A stretch of 64,000 bases of DNA from Mobula hypostoma. Its lineage: Eukaryota. The notes below the pieces were generated by a model, which made no database searches, was not told the DNA's origin, and was given only the letters and a program-made list of their open reading frames with translations. The DNA lies in contig NC_086101.1 of assembly GCF_963921235.1 (NCBI RefSeq), positions 310,001 to 374,000 of the forward strand. The letters are read 5' to 3'. The position numbers and the translations under genes are program-made. Below are positions 36,018 through 49,456 of this stretch, in pieces. Within the stretch, counting starts at the first letter, position 1, and each line of letters starts with the position of its first letter.

Positions 36018-38300
36018 CATAAGACAAAGGAGCAGAAGTCGGCCATTCGGCCCATTAAGTCTGCTCTGCCATTTTAGCATGAGCTGATCCATTCTCCCAT
36101 TTAGTCCATCTCCCCCACCTTCTCACCATAACATTTGATGTCCTGGCTACTCAGATACCTATCAATCTCTGCCTCAAATACACCCAATGACTTGACCTCC
36201 ACTGCCGCCTGTGGCAACAAATTCCATAGATTCACCACCCTGTGGCTAAAAAAATTTCTTCACATTTCTGTCCTGAATGGGTGCACTTCAATCCTTAAGT
36301 CATGCCCTCTCATACTAGACTCCCCCATCATGGGAAACAACTTTGCCACATCCACTCTGACCATGCCTTTCAACATTCGAAATGTTTCTATGAGGTCTCC
36401 CTCATTCTTCTAAACTCCAAGGAATACAGTCTATAAGAGTGGACAAACGTTCCTCATATGTTAACCCTCTCATTCTTGGAATCATTCCAGTTAATCTTCT
36501 CTGTATCCTCTCCAACGTCAGCACATCCTTTCTTAAATAAGAAGACCAAAACTGCCCACAGTACTCCAAGTGAGGTCTTACCAGCGCCTTTTCGAGCCCC
36601 AACATCACATCCCTGCTCCTATACTCTATTCCTCTAGAACTGAATGCCAACATTGCATTTGCCTTCTTCACCACCGACTCAATCTGGATGTTAACCTTAA
36701 GGGTATCCTGCACGAGGACTCCCAAGTCCCGTTGCATCTCAGAACTTTGAATTCTCTCCCATTTAAATAATAGTCTGCCTGTTTATTTCATTTGCCAAAG
36801 TGCAGAACCATACAGTTTGCAACTTTGTATTTCATTTGCCACTTCTTTGCCCATTCTTCCAATCTGTCCAAGTCTCTCTGCAGACTCTCTGATTCCTCAG
36901 CACTACCGGCCCCTCCACCTATCTTCGTATCATCAGCAAACTTAGCCACAAAGCCATCTATTCCATAATCTAAATCGTTGATGTACAACTTAAAAAGAAG
37001 CAGCCCCAACACGGACCCCTGTGGAACACCACTGGTAACCAGCAGCCAACCAGAATAGGATCCTTTTATTCCCACTCTCTGCTTCCTGCCTATCACCCAA
37101 AGCCCTATCCACGTATGTAACTTTCCCGTAATTCCATGGGGTCTTATCTTCTTAAGCAGCCTTATCTGTGGCACCTTGTCAAAGGCTTTCTGAAAACCCA
37201 AATATACAACATCCACTGCGTCTCACTTGTCTAGCCTACTTGTAATTTTCTCAAAAAAATTGGAATAGGTTTGGCAGGCAGGACTTTCCTTTAAAGAAAC
37301 CATGCTGAGTTCTGCCTAGCTTGTCATATGCCTCCAGGTACTCTGTAACCTCATCCTTGACAATCGACTCCAACAACTTCCCAATCACCAATGTCAGGCT
37401 AACAGGTCTATAATTTCATTTTTGCTGCCTTGCCCCCTTCTAAAATAGCAGAGTGACATTTGCAATCTTCCAGTCCTCCGGAACCATGCCAGAATCCATC
37501 GACTTTTGAAAGATCATCGCTCATGCCTCAGCAATCTCCGCAGCAACTTCCTTCAGAACACGAGGGCGAATTCCATCTGGTACAGGAGATTTATCTACCC
37601 TTAGACTATTCAGCTTCCTGAGTACTTTCTCTGTCGTAATTATGACTGCGCACACTTCTCTTCCCTGCCACCCTTGAGTGTCCGGTATTCTGCTGATGTC
37701 TTCCTCAGTGAAGAATGATGCAAAATACTCGTTCAGTTCTTCTGCCATCTCCTTATCTCCCATTACAATTTCTCCAGCATCATGGAATCGGTAATTCCAC
37801 GGGCTCTTATCATGCTGTACAGTACGTTGTCAAAGGCCCATTGAAAATCGAAATACACCATATCTACAGCATCTCCTTTGTCTATCCTGCTTGTAATTTC
37901 CTCAAAAAATTGCAGTAGGTTAGTCAGGCAGCATTTTCCTTTTAGGAAACCATGTTGGCTTTGGTCTACCTTCTCATGTGCCTCCCAATACTCTGTAAAC
38001 TCGTCCCAAACAATCGAACCCAAAAACTTCCCAACCACTGATGTCAGGCTAACAGGTCTATCATTTCCTTTCTGCTCCTCCCACCCTTCTTACTAGCGGA
38101 GTAACATTTGCAATTTTCCAGTCATCCAATATAATACGAAAATCTGTCGATTCTTGAAAGATGGTTGTTAAAGCCTCCGCAATCTCTCCAGCTATTTCCT
38201 TCAGAACCCGAGGGTGCATTCCATCAGGTCCGGGAGATTTATCCACCTTCAGACTATTATGCTTCTTGAGCACCTTCTCAGTCGTAATTTTCTCTGCACA
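36018..38300 (-). mobile_element. CR1-C RT region (36018-37780) plus a second CR1 RT fragment (37781-38300)
   Basis: [26 protein letters not shown]; reversed tail at 36018. Confidence 0.88.
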
Positions 38301-38322
38301 TTAATATTACCACCTTAATGGT

Positions 38323-38978
38323 GGGGAGGAGAAGATAGCGGCACGACGCAGCGTGTGCGGCCGTTCCCAATGATATCGATTATGTGTAACTAGGGGGCCG
38401 TGCACAATCCAGATTTGATGGAGACAGCTGTGACAGGCATGGAGGAACACCTGAAGTAACTTCTGAAATGCCTGCTTCACTGCCACAGCTACTGTGCGAT
38501 CGAGAATCTCCGGAGACGAAGGCCCCAAATCCTCGGCTTTGCCTATTGCTTGTTGCTGGGGCCAAGGTGGAAGCGCTCGGCAGAGATAGTGCTCGGTGCT
38601 CAGTGTCGAAGAGCTGGTCGGAGGCTCGGAGTTTTCGGATGGACTCGGAGTCAGACTATGGTTGGATGCTTCCGGGATGCTGCATTGGCAAGTTGGCAGT
38701 GCTGGAGGTTTACCGCCTGCGTGAGATGATGGGACTTTCGAGAGACTTTGAGATTTTTACCATGCTATGGTCTGTTCTTTATCAAATTACACTATTGTTT
38801 TGCACTGTTGTAACTATATTTTATAATCATGTGGTTTTTGTTAGTTTTTAAGTCGGTTTGTCATGTGTTTCCGTGATATCATTCTGGAAAAACATCGTAT
38901 CATTTCTTAATGCATGCATTACTAAATGACAATAAAAGAGGACTGCATGTCCTCATAATCTAATCTAATCTAATCTAA
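38323..38978 (+). mobile_element. Unclassified ~660-bp non-coding retroposon, copy 1
   Basis: Colinear with 59154-59833. 5' GAAGATAGCGGC; 3' TGACAATAAAA, hairpin GAGGAC..GTCCTC and (TAATC)4 tail. Confidence 0.8.
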
Positions 38979-40440
38979 CATGGAAACATAGAATGTAGAA
39001 ACTGGGTGTAGGAGTGGGTCATTTGGCCTTTCGAGCCTGCACCGCCGTTCATTATGATCATGGCTGATCATCCAACTCAGAACCCTGTACCAGCCTTCCC
39101 TCCATACCCCCTGATCCCTTTAGCCACAAGGGCCATATCTAACTCCCTCTTAAATATAGCCAATGGACTGGCCTCAACTGTTTCCTGTGGCAGAGAATTC
39201 CACAGATTCACCACTCTCTGTGTGAAGAAGTTTTTCCTAATCTCGGTCCTAAAAGGCTTCCCCTTTATCCTCAAACTGTGACCCCTCGTTCTGGACTTCC
39301 CCAACATTGGGAACAATCTTCCTGCATCTAGCCTGTCCAATCCCTTTAGGATTTTATACATTTCAATTAGATCCCCCCTCAATCTTCTAAATTCCAACGA
39401 ATATAAGCCTAGTCGATCCAGTCTTTCATCATATGAAAGTCCTGCCATCCCAGGAATCAATCTGGTGAACCTTCTTTGTACTCCCTCTATGGCAAGGATG
39501 TCTTTCCCCAGATTAGGGGACCAAAACTGCACACAATACTCCAGGCGTGGTTTTACCAAGGCCTTGTACAACTGCAGTAGTACCTCTCTGCTCCTGTACT
39601 TGAATCCTCTTGCTATGAATGCCAGCATATCATTTGCCTTGTTCACCGCCTGCTTTATCTGCATGCCCACTTTCAATGACTGGTGTATAATGACACCCAG
39701 GTCTTGTTACACCTCCCCTTTTCCTAATCGGCCACCATTCAAATAATAATCTGTTTTCCAGTTTTTGCCACCAAAATAGTAAGGGAAATAGTAAGGGACA
39801 GAGGGTCCAGTGAGATGGAGGAACTGAGCGAAATACATGTTAGTAGGGAAGTGGTGTTAGGTAAATTGAAGGGATTGAAGGCAGATAAATCCCCAGGGCC
39901 AGATGGTCTGCATCCCAGAGTGCTTAAGGAAGTGGCCCAAGAAATAGTGGATGCATTAGTGATAATTTTTCAAAACTCGTTAGATTCTGGACTAGTTCCT
40001 GAGGATTGGAGGGTGGCTAATGTAACCCCACTTTTTAAAAAAGGAGGGAGAGAGAAACCGGGGAATTATAGGCCGGTTAACTTGAATCCTCTTGCTATGA
40101 ATGCCAGCATATCATTTGCCTTGTTCACCGCCTGCTTTATCTGCATGCCCACTTTCAATGACTGGTGTATAATGACACCCAGGTCTTGTTACACCTCCCC
40201 TTTTCCTAATCGGCCACCATTCAAATAATAATCTGTTTTCCAGTTTTTGCCACCAAAATGGATAACCTGACATTTATCCGTATTAAATTGCATCTGCCAT
40301 GAATTTGCCCACTCACCTAACCTATCCAAGTCACCCTGCATCCTCTTAGCATCCTCCTCAGAGCTAACACTGCCGTCCAGCTTCGTGTCATCCAAAAACT
40401 TGGAGTTGCTGCGTTTAATTCCCACATCTAAGTCATTATT
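38979..40440 (-). mobile_element. CR1-D 3' part containing a 180-bp duplication around an inverted CR1 fragment
   Basis: ORF 39077..39676. 39598-39777 equals 40080-40259; + strand DKSPGPDG...NYRPV at 39778-40079. Confidence 0.9.
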
Positions 40441-41720
40441 TCATACTTCACTTCCCTAATACTCTTGAATGTCCGGTATACTGCAAATGTCTTCCACTGT
40501 GAAGACTGATGCAAAATACGCATTCTCTTCCTCTACCATCTCTGTCTCTCTCATTACAATATCTCCAGCGTCATTTTCTATTGGTCCTATATCTACCCTC
40601 AACTCTCTTTTACTTAAAAATACTTACAGTACCTTCTTTGACATTAGTCACCAGCTTCCTTTCATAAGTCATCTTTTCCTTCCCAACGACGTTCTTAGTT
40701 TCCTTCTGCAAGTTTTTAAAAGCTTCTCAATTCTCTACCTTCCTACTAGGTTTGGCTTCCTTGTATGCCATATAACAATAAAACCATAAACCATATAACA
40801 ATTAACAAGCCATCTCGGCTCTTCTAGTCCATGCCGAACTCCTACTCTCACTGACCTGCACTTGATCCTTAATCCTCTATTTCTTTCCTGTCCATATATC
40901 TATCGAATTTAACTTTAAATGACAACATCGAACCTGCCTCAACCACTTCTGCTGGTACACACAGCCACCACTCTCTGCGTAAAGAAGTTTCCCCCTCATG
41001 TTTCCCCTAAACTTTTGCCCTTTAACTTGTAACTCATGTCCTCCTGTTTGAATCTCCTTCACGCTCAATGGAAAACGCCTATCCACGTCAACTCTATCAA
41101 TCCCCCTCATAATTTTAAACACCTCTATCAAGTCCCCTCTCAACCTTCTACGCTCCAAAGAATAGAGACCTAACTTGTTCAACCTTTCTCTGTAACTTAG
41201 GAGATGAAACCCAGGCAACATTTTAGTAAACCTCCTCTGTACTCTCTCAATTTTATTGACATCTTTCCTATAATTCGGTGACCAGAACTGTACACAATAC
41301 TCGAAATTTGGCCTTACCAATGCCTTGTACAATTTCAACATGACATCCCAACTCCTATACTCAATGCTCTGATTAATAAAGGCCAGCATACCAAAAGCTT
41401 TCTTCACCACCCTATCCACATGAGATTCCACCTTCAGGGAACTATGAACCATTATTCCTAGATCCCTCTGTTCTACAGCATTCTTCAATGCCCTACAATT
41501 TACCATGTATGTCCTATTTTGATTAGTCCGACCAAAATGTAGCATCTCACATTTTTCAGCATTAAACTCCATCTGCCATCTTTCAGCCCACTCTTCTAAC
41601 TGGCCTAAACCTCTCTGCAAGCTTTAAAAACCTACTTCACTGTCCACAGCGCCGCTTATCTTAGTCTCGTCTGCATACTTACGAATCCAATTTACCACCC
41701 CATCATCCAGATCATTAATA
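40441..41720 (-). mobile_element. CR1 fragment (40441-40768) and 5'-truncated CR1-E (40769-41720)
   Basis: ORF 40877..41620 RT C-terminus; GTTATATGG-type tail. Confidence 0.88.
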
Positions 41721-41799
41721 TGCCCTCTCCTTTACTTTTAATTTGACTCTGACTTCATTTGTCAGCCACTGTAGTGTCCGTCTTTCATTCAAAAATTCC

Positions 41800-44180
41800 T
41801 TCTTTTCTAAATCAATATATAAAGGGACCAACTAGAAGGGATGCAATATTGGATCTCCTGTTAGGAAACGAGTTAGGAGAAGTGATGGAAGTCTGTGTAG
41901 GGGAGGACTTTGGTTCGAGTGATCATAACACCATTAGTTTCAACTTGATCATGGACAAGGATAGATCTGGTCCTAGGGTTGAGGTTCTGAACTGAAAGAA
42001 GGCCAAATTTGAAGAAATGAGGAAGGATCTAAAAAGCATGGATTGGGACAGGTTGTTCTCTGGCAAAGGTGTGATCGGTAGGTGGGAAGCCTTAAAAGGA
42101 GAAATATTGAGAGTGCAGAGTTTGTATGTTCCTGTCAGGATTAAAGGCAAAGTGAATAGGAATAAGGAACCTTGGTTCTCAAGGGATATTGCAACTCTGA
42201 TAAAGAAGGAGAGGGAGTTGTATGACATGTATAGGAAACAGGGAGTAAATAAGCTGGTTGAGGAGTATAAGAAGTGCAAGAAAATACTTGAGAAAGAAAT
42301 CAGGAGGGCTAAAAGAAGACATGAGGTTGCCTTGGCAGTCAAAGTGAAGGATAATCCAAAGAGCTTTTACAGGTATATTAAGAGCAAAAGGATTGTAAGG
42401 GATAAAATTGGTCCTCTTGAAGATCAGAGTGGTCGGTTATGTGCAGAACCAAAGGAAATGGGGGAGATCCTAAATAGGTTTTTTGCGTCTATTTACTAAG
42501 GAAACTGGCATGAAGTCTATGGAATTAATGGAAACAAGTAGTGAGATCATGGAAACTGTACAGATTGAAAAGGAGGAGGTGCTTACTGTCTTGAGGAAAA
42601 TTAAAGTGGATAAATCCCCGGGACCTGACAGGGTGTTCCCTCGGACCTTGAAGGAGACTAGTGTTGAAATTGCAGGGGCCCTGGCAGAAATATTTAAAAT
42701 GTCGCTGTCTACAGGTGAGGTGCCAGAGGATTGGAGAGTGGCTCATGTTGTTCCGTCGTTTAAAAAAGGATAGAAAAGTAATCCTGGAAATTATAGGCCG
42801 GTAAATTTAACGTCGGTAGTAGGTAAATTATTGGAGGGAGTACTAAGAGACAGAATCTACAAGCATTTGGATAGACAGGGACTTGTTAGGGAGAGTCAAC
42901 ATGGCTTTGTGCGTGGTAGGTCATGTTTGACCAATCTATTGTAATTTTTCGAGGAGGTTACCAGGAAAGTGGATGAAGGGAAGGCAGTGGATATTGTCTA
43001 CATGGACTTGAGTAAGGCCCTTGACAAGGTCCCGCATGGGAGGTTAGTTAGGAAAATTCAGTCGCCAGGTATACATGGAGAAGTGGTAAATTGGATCAGA
43101 CATTGGTTGAATGGAAGAAGCCAAAGAGTGGTAGTGGAGAATTGCTTCTCCGAGAGGAGGCCTGTGACTAATGGTGTGCCACAGGGATCACTGCTGGGTC
43201 CATTGTTATTTGTCATTTATATCAATGATCTGGATGATAATGTGGTAAATTGGATCAGCAAATTTGCTGATGATACAAAGATTGGAGGTGTAGTAGAGAG
43301 TGAGGAATGTGTTCAGAGCCTGCAGAGGGACTTGGACCAGCTGGAAAAATGGGCTGCAAAATGGCAGATGGAGTTTAATGCAGACAAGTGTGAGGTATTG
43401 CACGTTGGAAGGACAAACCAAGGTAGAACATACAGGGTTAATGGTAAGGCACTGAGGAGTGCAGTGGAACAGAGGGATCTGGGAATACAGATACAAAATT
43501 CTCTGAAAGTGTCGTCACAGGTAGATAGGGTCGTAAAGAGAGCTTTTGGTACATTGGCCTTTATTAATCAAAGTATTGAGTATAAGAGCTGGAATGTTAT
43601 GATGAGGTTGTATAAGGCATTGGTGAGGCCGAATCTGGAGTATTGTGTTCAGTTTTGGTCACCAAATTTCAGGAAGGATATTAATAAGGTTGAAAGAGTG
43701 CCGAGAAGGTTTACAAAGATGTTGCCGGGACTTGAGAAACTCAGTTACAGAGAAAGGTTGAATAGGTTAGGACTTTATTGCCTGGAGCGTAGAAGAATGA
43801 GGGGAGATTTGATGGAGGTATATAAAATTATGATGGGTATAGATAGAGTGAATGCAAGCAGGCTTTTTCCACTGAGGCAAGGGGAGGAAAAAACCAGAGG
43901 ACATGGGTTAAGGGTGAGTGGGGAAAAGTTTAAAGGGAACATTAGGGTGGGGCTTCTTCACACAGAGAGTGGTGGAAGTATGGAATGAGCTGCCAGATGA
44001 GGTGATAAATGCGGGTTCTTTTTTAACATTTAGGAATAAATTGGACAGATGCATGGATGGGAAGTGTATGGAGGGATATTGTCCATGTGCAGGTCAGTGG
44101 GACTGGGCAGAAAATGGTTCGGCACAGCCAAGAAGGGACAAAAGGCCTGTTTCTGTGCTGTAGTTTCTATGGTTTCTATA
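41800..44180 (+). mobile_element. CR1-A, 5'-truncated
   Basis: ORFs 42017..42499, 42483..42773 and 42969..43988; TTTCTATGG tail. Confidence 0.93.
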
Positions 44181-46174
44181 TGACAGTCCCGCCATCCAGG
44201 GAATTAACCTTGTGAACCTATGTTGCACTCCCTCAATAGCAAGAATGTCCTTCCTCAAATTTGGAGACCGAAACTGCACACAGTACTCCAGGTGTGGTCT
44301 CACCAGTGCCCTGTACAGCTGCAGAAGGACCTCTTTGCTCTTATACTCAATTCCCCTTGTTAGGAAGGCCAACATGCCATTAGCTTTTTTCACTGCCTGC
44401 TGTACTTGCATACTTGCTTTCAGTGACTGATGTACAAGAACACCTAGATCTCGTTGTGCTTTCCGTTTTCCTAACTTGACTCCATTTAGATAATAATCTG
44501 CCTTCCCGTTCTTACCACCAAAGTGGATAACCTCACATTTATTCACATTAAACTGCATGTGCCATGCATCTGCCCACTCACCCAGCCTGTCCAAGTCAGC
44601 CTGCATTCTCATAACATCCTCCTCACATTTCACACTGCTACCCAGCTTTGTGTCATCAGCAAACTTGCTAATGTTACTTTTAATTCCCTCATTTAAATCA
44701 TTAATATATATTGTAAACAGCTGCGGTCCCAGCACTGAACTCTGCGGTACCCCATTGGTCACTGCCTGCCATTCCGAAAGGGACCCGTTAATCGCTACTC
44801 TTTGTTTTCTGTCAGCCAGCCAATTTTCAATCCATGTCAGTACTCTGCCACCAATACCATGTGCCCTAATTTTGCCCACTAATCTTCTATGTGGGACTTT
44901 ATCAAAGGCTTTCTGAAAGTCCAGGTACACTACATCCACTGGCTCTCCCTTGTCCATTTTCATTGTTACATCCTCAAAAAATTCCAGAAGATTAGTCAAG
45001 CACGATTTCCCCTTTGTAAATCCATGCTGACTCGGACGATTCCTGTTACTACTATCCAGATGTGTCGTAATTTCATCTTTTATATTTGACTCCAGCATCT
45101 TTCCCACCACAGACGTCAGGCTAACCGGTCTATTATTTCCTGCTTTCTCTCTTCCTCCCTACTTGAAGAGAGGGACAACATTAGCCACCCTCCAATCCAC
45201 AGGAACTGATCCTGAATCTATAGCACATTGAAAAATGATTACCAATGCGTCCACGATTTCTAAAGCTACCTCCTTAAGTACGCTGGGATGCAGATCATCA
45301 GGTCCCAGGGACTTATCAGCCTTCAGATCCAACAGCCTATCCAACACCATTTCCTGCCTCATATAAATTTCCTTCAATTTATCCATTACCCTAGGTCTTT
45401 AAGCCACTATTACATCTGGGAGATTGTTTGTGTCTTCTCTAGTGAAGACAGATCCAAAGTTCCTGTTCAACTCGTCTGCCATTTCCTTGTTCCCCACAAT
45501 AAATTCACCCGCTTCTGTCTTCAAGGGCCCAATTTTGGTCTTAACTATTTTTTTTCCTTTTCGCATACCTAAAGAAGCTTTTACTATCTTCCTTTATATT
45601 CTTGGCTACTTTACCTTCGTACCTTATTTTTTCTCTGCGTATTGCCGTTTTAGTTACCTTCTGTTGCTCTTTAAAGTTTCCCAATCCTCGTCCTTGCTAT
45701 GTTATACTTCTTCTCTTTTATTTTTATGCTGTCCATTACTTCCCTTGTCAGTCACGGCCTCCCCCTACTCCCCTTAGAATCTTTCGTTCTCTTTGGAACG
45801 AACTGATCCTGCACCTTCCGCATTATTCCCAGAAACACTCGCCATCGCTGTTCCACTGTCATCCCTGCTAGGGGATTGTTCCATTGAACTTTGGCCAGCT
45901 CCTCCCTCGTAGCACCATAGTTCCCTTTGTTCAACTGTAATACTGACACTTCCGAGTTTCCCTTTTCCCTCTCAAATTGTAGATTAAAACTTATCATATT
46001 ATGGTCACTACCTCCTAATCCTCGAGGTCCCTGATTAAATCCGGTTCATTGCACAACACTAAATCTAGAATTGCGTTCTCTCTGGTAGGCTCCAGGTGAA
46101 GCTGCTTACACCTGAACTGGAGGGGTACTAACAAATCTAGAATTGCGTTCTCTCTGGTAGGCTCCAGTACAAGC
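44178..46174 (-). mobile_element. CR1-F ORF2 (continues at 49457)
   Basis: ORF 44094..45110 RT. EPTRENAILDL at the junction rejoins DGFLEQL at 49457. Confidence 0.9.
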
Positions 46175-46204
46175 CGTTTACACCTGAACTGGAGGGGTAC
46201 TAAC
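46061..46204. repeat. 72-bp tandem duplication across the CR1-F/CR1-G junction
   Basis: AAATCTAGAATTGCG...GGGGTACTAAC at 46061-46132 and 46133-46204. Confidence 0.9.
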
Positions 46205-49200
46205 ATTCTTGCAGGAAAGTTTACTAGTGCTGCTTGGGGGGGGGCGGCGGGGGGTTTAAACTAAATTTGCAGGGGGCAGGGATCCAGAATGTGAGAGAGG
46301 ATAGCGAAATGAAGTATAAAGGACAGGTGGGGACTACACGGTTCCGGAATATTAAGTGTGAAGTGGAGAAAGGTGAGGCGGAACGAGTGATAAGGAGGAT
46401 ACACGTGCAGAGGGATGGTCTGACGGAGCATGGAGTTAAATGTGCAGAAAGAGTAAGTAAATGTAAGAAGGACAACAAAATTCAAGGGGCGTTATCCCGG
46501 TGAGAGTTCGGGGAGCTGGGTTATGCACAATAGGCAGCGATTTAAACAGAGAGAAGAGAAATGTGTTAAAAATTCTATATCTGAATGCACGAAGTGTCAG
46601 AAATAAGGCGGATGAGCTTGAAGCTCAGGTGCGAATGGGTAACTATGATGTTGTTGGGATAACGGAGACATGGCTGCAGGAGGATCAGACCTGGGAATTG
46701 AATGTACAAGGCTATACGTGCTATCGAAGGGACGGAAAGGTGGGCAGAGGGGGTGGGTTGGCCCTGTTGGTGAGGAATGAGATTCAGTGCCTTGCAAGGG
46801 GGGACATAGAATCAGGAGAAGTAGAGTCAGTGTGGATAGAACTGAGGAACAGAAAGGGCAAAAAGACCCTAATAGGTGTTATCTACAGACCCCCAAACAG
46901 TAGCATGGATATTGGGTGCAAGTTGAATAGGGAGTTAACAATGGCATGTGGCAAAGGAAATGTCGCAGTAGTTATGGGGGACTTCAACATGCAGGTGAAC
47001 TGGGAAAATCAGGTTGGTACTGGTTCCCACGATAGGGAGTTTGTACAGTGCCTACGGGATGCATTTTTGGAGCAGCTTGTACGAGAGCCGACCAGGGATA
47101 AGGCTATTCTGGATTTAGTGTTGTGCAATGAACAGGTTTTGATAGGTGATCTTGAAGTAAAGGAGCCATTAAGAGGTCGTGACCATAATATGATAAGTTT
47201 TTATCAGCAAGTTGAGAGGGATAAGGGCAGATCAGAAGTGTCAGTATTGCAGTTGAACAAAGGAGACTATGGAGCCATGAGGGAGGAGCTGGCCAAAGTT
47301 GACTGGTCGGATATCCTAGCAGAAAAGACAGTGGAACAACAATGGCAGGTATTCTTAGGAATAATGCACAAGGTGCAAAATCAGTTCATCCCCCGGAGAA
47401 GGAAGGATTCAAAGGGGGGAAAGTGCCACAGTGGTTGACAAAAGTCAGAGATAGCATAGCATTAAAAAAGAAGTATAACAGAGCTAAGGTGAGTGGGAAG
47501 ACGGATGACTGGGAAATTTTTAAGGAGCAACAGAACTTAACTAAAAAGGCAATACGGGGAGAAAAAATGAGGTATGAACGCAAGCTAGCTTGGAATATAA
47601 AGGAAGATAGCAAAAGTTTTTTTTAGGTATGTGAAGGGAAGGAAGATAGTTAAGAACAATGTTGGGCCCTTGAAGAATGAATTGGGAGAAATCGCTATGG
47701 GAAACAGAGAAATGGCAGACGAATTTAATAAGTACTTTGGATCTGTCTTCACTAGGGAAGACACAAGCAATCTCCCAGATGTATGGATGGGCCAAAGACA
47801 TAGGGTAACAGAGGAACTGAAACAGATTGACATTAGGAAGGAAACGGTGATGAGTAGACTGATGGGACTGAAGGCTAACAAATCCCCAGGTCCAGATGGT
47901 CTGCATCCTAGAGTACTAAAGGAGGTGGCTCTGGAAATTGCGGATGCATTGGTGATCATTTTCCAATGTTCCTTAGATTCAGGATCAGTTCCTGAGGATT
48001 GGCGAATGGCTAATGTTATCCCACTTTTTAAGAAAGGAGGGAGGTAGAAAACAGAGAACTATCGCCCTGTTAGCCTAACATCAGTAGTGGTGAAGATGCT
48101 AGAGTCCATTATTAAAGATGAAATGGCGGCATTTCTTGATAGCAGTGATAGGATTGGGCCGAGCCAGCATGGATTTACCAAAGGCAAATCATGCTTGAGT
48201 AATCTATTGGAGTTTTTCGAGGATGTAACCAGGAAGATAGACGCGGAAGATCCAGTGGATGTGGTATACCTTGACTTTCAGAAGGCATTTGATAAGGTAC
48301 CACATAGGAGATTGGTGGGTAAAATCAGAGCTCATGGCATTTGGGGGAGGATATTGACATGGATAGAAAACTGGTTGGCAGATAGAAAGCAAAGGGTAGC
48401 AGTGAATGGGTGTTTCTCGGAATGGCAGGTGGTGACTAGTGGGGTGCCACAGGGCTCGGTATTGGGACCGCAGCTGTTTACGATTGACGTCAATGATTTA
48501 GAAGAAGGCATTGTGAATAACATCAGCAAGTTTGCTGATGATACTAAGCTGGGTGGCAGTGTGACATGTGATGAGGATGTTAGGAAAATTCAAGGTGACT
48601 TGGATAGGTTGGGTGAGTGGGCAGAAACTTGGCAGATGGCGTTTAATGTGAATAAGTGTGAGGTTACTCACTTTGGGAGCAAGAACAGGAAGGCAGATTA
48701 TTATCTGAACGGTGTGGAGTTAGGTAAGGGAGAAATACAAAGAGAACTAGGAGTACTTGTTCATCAGTCTCTGAAGGTGAATGAGCAAGTGCAGCAGGCA
48801 GTGAAGAAGGCTAATGGAATGTTGGCCTTTATTACAAAGGGAATTGAGTACAAGAGCAAGGAAATCCTTTTGCATTTGTATAGGGCCCTGGTGAGACCAC
48901 ACCTGGAGTATTGTGTGCAGTTTTGGTCTCCAGGGTTAAGGAAGGACATCCTGGCTGTGGAGGAGGTGCAGCGTAGGTTCACTAGGTTAATTCCTGGGAT
49001 GTCCGGACTGTCTTACGCAGAGAGGTTAGAGAGACTGGGCTTGTACACTCTGGAATTAAGGAGATTGAGGGGGGATCTGATTGAGACATATAAGATTATT
49101 AAAGGATTGGACAAGATAGAGGCAGGAAATATGTTCCAGATGCTGGGAGAGTCCAGTACCAGAGGGCATGGTTTAAGAATAAGCGGGAGGTCATTTAGGA

Positions 49201-49456
49201 CAGAGTTGAGGAGGAACTTCTTCTCCCAGAGAATTGTGGATGTGTGGAACGCGCTGCCTCAGAAGGCAGTGGAGGCGAATTCTCTGGATGCTTTCAAGAA
49301 GGAGCTAGATAGGTATCGTATGGATAGGGGAATCAAGCGTTATGAGGACAAGGCAGGAACCGGGTATTGATAGTAGATGATCAGCCATGATCTCAGAATG
49401 GCGGTGCAGGCTCGAAGGGCCCAATGGTCTACTTCTGCACCTATTGTCTATTGTCT
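46175..49456 (+). mobile_element. CR1-G: end of ORF1 plus whole ORF2, frameshifted
   Basis: YLNARSV, ITETWL, GDFN; RT ORF 48087..49370; CTATTGTCTATTGTCT tail; AAGC at 46171-46174 and 49457-49460. Confidence 0.93.
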
